This document shows, one piece after another, positions 43,334-47,347 of a DNA stretch of 47,347 bases (the first letter of the stretch is position 1; every line of letters starts with the position of its first letter). The stretch covers positions 1 to 47,347 of IMG/VR virus record IMGVR_UViG_3300023281_000775. One strand, 5' to 3'. The DNA comes from a virus. Under the pieces are notes generated by a model. It saw only the letters and a list, made by a program, of their open reading frames with translations. It did no database searches and was not told the origin of the DNA. The translations under genes and the position numbers were made by a program.

Positions 43334-43654
43334 ATGGTATTGCGAGACATAGAAAATAAGCTTCCGGGTAATGAGATAGGGACGATTGAGGAACACACGT
43401 TTTCGGCTCATGATGTTGTGTGGTCTGTCACTGACTGGGAGGGTAACGCACTCAGCATAAAAGTTCCATTGAGACTTATATCGAGAGACGACGCGTTATT
43501 CCTCTTGAAAGACGGCGCCCCCGGTAGACTCAGGAATTACGAGATAGAGCAAGAGTTACACGAGCGTGTAGATATGGGGTATTTTATACCGGACGTATGC
43601 CCGATTAATGGTTTCTCGATATACAAACCACCGCAAAAAACAGTTGACAGATAA
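43334..43654 (+). CDS. Hypothetical protein
   Basis: 106-aa ORF with AAGGACGGG upstream. Confidence 0.55.
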   Translation: MVLRDIENKLPGNEIGTIEEHTFSAHDVVWSVTDWEGNALSIKVPLRLISRDDALFLLKDGAPGRLRNYEIEQELHERVDMGYFIPDVCPINGFSIYKPPQKTVDR

Positions 43655-43701
43655 CGCACCGCACAGAAGAACACATTTTTTAAACTTAGAGGATATTACC
43701 T

Positions 43702-44241
43702 ATGACATACTTAACAATTGTTCTATTGTTTTTACTGGCCGCGTGCTCCGGCCTCCCCGCCCAAGATTACGTAACCCCCGCTAAGGTGGCGCTATCCTCT
43801 GTGCATAAAGCGGTTTTCGCCAGCGAGCTGGCGGCCGTCGAACACGCGAGCCGAATGTATAACGACACATCGAAAAAACTCGACGTCGAGTATATGGGCG
43901 CCGTGTTAAAGAGTCCGTCGGGTAGCTACATATACACCGTGTCGAGCGGGGATCCTGGGGACCATAGGATAGCCTTAAAAATACGGATCCCCAAGGGTTA
44001 CGAGGTCGTATCGTTTTGGCATACCCACGGGGCCGAGAGATACACGAGTAAGTATTTTTCGGACGTCGATACAGGATTAGCGAACGCGACGCGTAAACCT
44101 ATTTACATGGTAGATAACTACGATACGTTGAGAGTCTATAAACCCGGAGCCCCGACGATGCCTAGACCACTAACTAAAAAACTACGACTAGGCAACCTAC
44201 CCGGGTTCGCGAAAGGCAACACGTTAGTCGTGTTACGGTAA
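43702..44241 (+). CDS. Lipoprotein with DUF4329-like domain
   Basis: Lipobox LLFLLAAC-S. EYMGAVLKSPSGSYIYTVSSG...FWHTHGAERYTSKYFSDVD...PIYMVDNYDTLRVYKP resembles DUF4329 (from memory). Confidence 0.6.
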   Translation: MTYLTIVLLFLLAACSGLPAQDYVTPAKVALSSVHKAVFASELAAVEHASRMYNDTSKKLDVEYMGAVLKSPSGSYIYTVSSGDPGDHRIALKIRIPKGYEVVSFWHTHGAERYTSKYFSDVDTGLANATRKPIYMVDNYDTLRVYKPGAPTMPRPLTKKLRLGNLPGFAKGNTLVVLR

Positions 44242-44898
44242 GAAAGTGATAACAATGGGTTGCCCAACAACGAGGCCGTGGGTGAACGTGCCTGCGGGCC
44301 ACGACCACTGGAACCGGGTAATAGGGTTACTATCGTCGTCGGTCGTCTCGTTAAATTGGTATACCGCCGCGTCCCCCGGGTCGCCGACGTTCGTGTTAAC
44401 CGTCCTCGTTCCAGCGCTACCCGGGAAAGGTATCGTCATAGACGAAAACGGGGGGCTTCCGGCAATGTGTCCGTTAAAAACCGCTTGCAATGAAAAAGTA
44501 GCCACCCCCGTGCTTAAGTTAGGGTCGTCGGTACCTTGATAAATCGCGCGAGCCGTAGCGCCATAAATATCCGTGGTCGAAATACTACCGAAACCCCCAA
44601 TAGGGTTCGTGTCCACGTTCGCCGACTGCCAAATGTAATTATAAAAACTCAATGCTAGGTTATGCCGGCCTATCGTAACGGTGGGCGCGGTAATGTTCTC
44701 GGCCCCGTAAAAGTCTAGCATATTGATAGCGCCCGACGTTGGTATGCCAGCGTTAGCCGGGATATCGGGAACGAGCCCCGCGCCTCGGTAGTAGTCTTGT
44801 AGACTTATATTCGACGTTGGTCCCTCGAACTCGGCCCGGATGTTGTTCGACTCCGACCCCGAGCCCAGGATTAAGGGGCCGCTGGCTGGTAATGTCAT
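44233..44898 (-). CDS. Second tail-fibre / receptor-binding-type protein
   Basis: 221 aa, the last gene of the late arm. The N-terminal motif IRAEFEGPTSNISLQDYYRGAGLVPDIPANAGIPTSGAINMLDFYGA recalls a motif common in small phage fibre proteins (from memory). Confidence 0.5.
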   Translation of the reverse strand: MTLPASGPLILGSGSESNNIRAEFEGPTSNISLQDYYRGAGLVPDIPANAGIPTSGAINMLDFYGAENITAPTVTIGRHNLALSFYNYIWQSANVDTNPIGGFGSISTTDIYGATARAIYQGTDDPNLSTGVATFSLQAVFNGHIAGSPPFSSMTIPFPGSAGTRTVNTNVGDPGDAAVYQFNETTDDDSNPITRFQWSWPAGTFTHGLVVGQPIVITFLP

Positions 44899-44901
44899 AA
44901 T

Positions 44902-46194
44902 TTACTCTCCGAGTATTCCTTCGAGTTTTTCGACCCGGTCTATCAAGGCCTTAAACGCGGCCGCGAGGATAACCGGCGACTTGTCGTACGCGAGAGTAAG
45001 CCAATTTTCACCGCTGATCGACCCGCCCTTACCGTCGTCGTCAATGGGCGACATCTTGACCACTTCCGGGTAGTTTTCTTGAAAGTCTTGGGCCATGAAC
45101 CCAATGTCGTATAGGCCGGGATCGACGTCCGGGTTAGCTTTCTTGGCTTTATCGTTCCAGCGATACCGGGCGACTCGACAAGCTCGGACAAATTCTAAGG
45201 CCTCCTCGGGGTCGATATCTTCGACGATATCCTTTAACCGCTCGTCGGAAAACGCCGCCGTTATACTACCCGTCGCGGTTATGCTGCCGGCAACCGTTAA
45301 GGTACCCGAGAAATTGTTGTTGGTTAAGTTCTGTAAGCCCATAGCGGACTTTAACGAGGACAGCGACCCGGCGCGTAGTGCACCACTGGCGCTGTTATCC
45401 GTGAACGCGACATCGTCCCCCGCGACAATCGACGCCGACGTTAATTCGCTTCCCTCGATAGCCAGCGATATATTCGCGCTTAAAGCCCCACCTCCCGATA
45501 GCCCGTAACCGGCGCTAACTGTCCGGGTCCCTTGAACGAAGCCGGTCGCCTGGATCCCGTCCAAGGTATCCGCGTCGACGTTAAGGCCGTCCACAAAGGA
45601 TTTTGTAACAACCGCCGACACTAAGTTAGTATTAGTGGCTAGCTTATTCGACCCGCCGTCGGCGATAGCGATAGTCGTCGCCCCCGAGACGGTCGGCTCG
45701 GTCGACAACCCGCTAAGGTCTAGCTCGACAGACACCGCGCCTACCGCAGGCGATACAGTTAGCCCTTGACTCCCGGTCGTCGCCAGTGACTCGACCGCGC
45801 TACCCGAGGTTAAGTAAGTATCGGTGTCTAGCCAATCGTTGACGGTATCGGGTAGCGAGGTGTTTGTATTGATTAGCGACTTATAAACCTTGAACCCGCC
45901 GCCGTCGTCGTACCGGCAAAGCGCCCCGATAGTGTACGGGAAGGGTACGCCCCCGTTATTAGCCGACGTAATAAAATCGTTAACCCCGAATTGCTGATAT
46001 TGCTGTATGGCCAGTTGCGCTTGGTATTGCAATTCGTTAAATTCGTTACGTTCTATGCGCTTTCCCGTTGTCGTCGGGTCTTCCTCGTAAACAGTCGGGT
46101 AGCCGTCGCTGTAGTTAATTACATCCGTACCCGTGTCCGGTATGGTCGTCCTATCCCCGGCGGTTGCGAAAGGTAGTCTAAAATACATGGCCAT
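44902..46194 (-). CDS. Tail fibre protein with C-terminal intramolecular chaperone (peptidase S74-like) domain
   Basis: The C-terminal 115 aa, SDERLKDIVEDIDPEEALEFV...YDIGFMAQDFQENYPEVV...LIDRVEKLE, match the self-cleaving chaperone domain pattern. The gene lies downstream of the J and gpI-like genes. Confidence 0.75.
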   Translation of the reverse strand: MAMYFRLPFATAGDRTTIPDTGTDVINYSDGYPTVYEEDPTTTGKRIERNEFNELQYQAQLAIQQYQQFGVNDFITSANNGGVPFPYTIGALCRYDDGGGFKVYKSLINTNTSLPDTVNDWLDTDTYLTSGSAVESLATTGSQGLTVSPAVGAVSVELDLSGLSTEPTVSGATTIAIADGGSNKLATNTNLVSAVVTKSFVDGLNVDADTLDGIQATGFVQGTRTVSAGYGLSGGGALSANISLAIEGSELTSASIVAGDDVAFTDNSASGALRAGSLSSLKSAMGLQNLTNNNFSGTLTVAGSITATGSITAAFSDERLKDIVEDIDPEEALEFVRACRVARYRWNDKAKKANPDVDPGLYDIGFMAQDFQENYPEVVKMSPIDDDGKGGSISGENWLTLAYDKSPVILAAAFKALIDRVEKLEGILGE

Positions 46195-46199
46195 AATGT

Positions 46200-46856
46200 T
46201 TAAGCTCCAAAGGACCCGTTGGTAAAATTTAACCCAAAGTCGGCAAAACCAAAAGTTTCAAAATCCGTAATAACGAAGTTAACGAGAACGCCCGCCGGTC
46301 TCGGTAGTATATCAAACAGTTCAAAAAGGCTTTGCATACTAATAGCCGTGTTACCTACCAATACGTAGTTAATCGTCATGTCGAGAACGTCGAAAGCGTA
46401 AATCTGGTTAGGGCCGAAAAGCGTGTTTAAAAATCGATTGACGGCCGGAGTCGCCCCCCGCGTAGTGAGTTGATAATAACGCAACTGAAGTAGTAACCGT
46501 TTTTGTTCCAGGGGGATACCAAAAACGCCCTTGGCGTCCGTCGCGAAATTGCCGTCGAAAAAGTTATGCCCATACGTGGGACCAAAACCCCAGGCAGGAT
46601 AACCCGGCGGCGACTCGTCACTTTCGCCGAATAGTGGTAAATCCAAGATAACCGACCAAACAGACAGGCCGAAAGCGTTAGCCGTTCGCATATCAAAAAC
46701 GTCGACTATCCAATCATTCCAAAAAGCGGTTTGGTTTTCGTCGTACCAATTTTGCTTTAATTGGGTTAATCCTTGTAAATTGACGGCGTCATTATACGAC
46801 CACAAAATCGAGGTTAGCAGGTCTAGTGAAAAGTCGAATTCTTGGACAGTACTCAT
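46200..46856 (-). CDS. Baseplate/tail protein downstream of J (gpI / DUF2612-like)
   Basis: 218 aa with 4-nt overlap onto the J stop. Assigned from synteny plus a loose family resemblance. Confidence 0.5.
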   Translation of the reverse strand: MSTVQEFDFSLDLLTSILWSYNDAVNLQGLTQLKQNWYDENQTAFWNDWIVDVFDMRTANAFGLSVWSVILDLPLFGESDESPPGYPAWGFGPTYGHNFFDGNFATDAKGVFGIPLEQKRLLLQLRYYQLTTRGATPAVNRFLNTLFGPNQIYAFDVLDMTINYVLVGNTAISMQSLFELFDILPRPAGVLVNFVITDFETFGFADFGLNFTNGSFGA

Positions 46857-47347
46857 AATAGAATGACCGCGATATCGTTCTCGACTATGGTCGCTATCTC
46901 ATCTAGGGCTATGGCAAACGTCGTTGTGATATACGTAGCGTCGTCGTCGGAAATTTCACAGAGATTAACGAATATCTCCGGGTTTTGGATGTTAACCGCT
47001 CCGGCCAACTCGAACGGCGAGACGTCCGCGCCGACAACAAAACCTCGTTCGCCGTCAATATCGCCGTTGGCGTAGTCGAGTATCGATTGCTTAACCGCCG
47101 CCGTCGGGTCTATACCCGTAGCCCCTATCAGCCGAACCGTAACACGAGCAAACATAGGTATCTCGGTCGGCCGGTCGTATGAGACGTCGTTATCTTGGCC
47201 GCTGGTTTGGTCGGTGACTACCGTTGTAGTCGTCCCGGTCCACCCACACCCCATACTTTTAGCCTCATACAAAGCCTCGGCGACGTCCTCGTCGGTCCCC
47301 CCTCGTATGGCTGTCCATACCGAGTTGGCAGCGACCGTGATTCCGTC
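46853..47347 (-). CDS. Baseplate J-like protein, 3' (C-terminal) part; continues from nt 754-1 through the junction
   Basis: The frame of track ORF 46853-47272 stays open upstream to the window end and is in phase with 754->2 (1194 nt in total). Confidence 0.85.
   Translation of the reverse strand, partial: DGITVAANSVWTAIRGGTDEDVAEALYEAKSMGCGWTGTTTTVVTDQTSGQDNDVSYDRPTEIPMFARVTVRLIGATGIDPTAAVKQSILDYANGDIDGERGFVVGADVSPFELAGAVNIQNPEIFVNLCEISDDDATYITTTFAIALDEIATIVENDIAVILL
47293..47347. repeat. 55-bp terminal overlap identical to 1-55
   Basis: Direct comparison of the two window ends. Confidence 0.97.

Overview
The window is a complete, circularly closed genome (about 47,292 unique bp; nt 1-55 are identical to nt 47293-47347) of a contractile-tailed dsDNA phage, probably from an assembly. 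There are three gene blocks. (i) A minus-strand late arm runs 28006 -> 1 and, through the circular junction, 47292 -> 44233. It holds a membrane protein, a holin-like / M15 endolysin / 3TM-holin lysis cassette, a lower-GC island with a 2088-aa repeat-modular fibre-like ORF, then terS/terL, portal, MuF-like protein, protease/scaffold, decoration-like protein, major capsid, connector proteins, sheath, tube, a -1 frameshifted chaperone pair, tape measure, baseplate (spike, W/gp25-like, J split by the window edge, gpI-like) and two tail-fibre proteins. (ii) A minus-strand XRE regulator (30826-31173) sits upstream of a prim-pol/SF3-helicase gene (28513-30750). A roughly 500-nt non-coding, repeat-rich, AT-rich region follows (28007-28512). 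(iii) A plus-strand early/replication arm spans 31309-44241. It encodes a Cas4-like PD-(D/E)XK nuclease (DUF2800-like), a DUF2815-like SSB, a family A DNA polymerase, a DEDD-type exonuclease interrupted by a 1-nt frameshift, a PAPS-reductase-like PP-loop enzyme, VRR-NUC, an SNF2 helicase, a HAD phosphatase and many small ORFs, including two lipoproteins. I saw no integrase, transposase, tRNA, rRNA, CRISPR array or reverse transcriptase. All family names come from motifs I read in the translations and from memory of those families; no searches were run. The most unusual element is the giant-ORF island between the lysis and packaging modules. Next are the iteron/palindrome region beside the primase gene and a small set of shared regulatory motifs.
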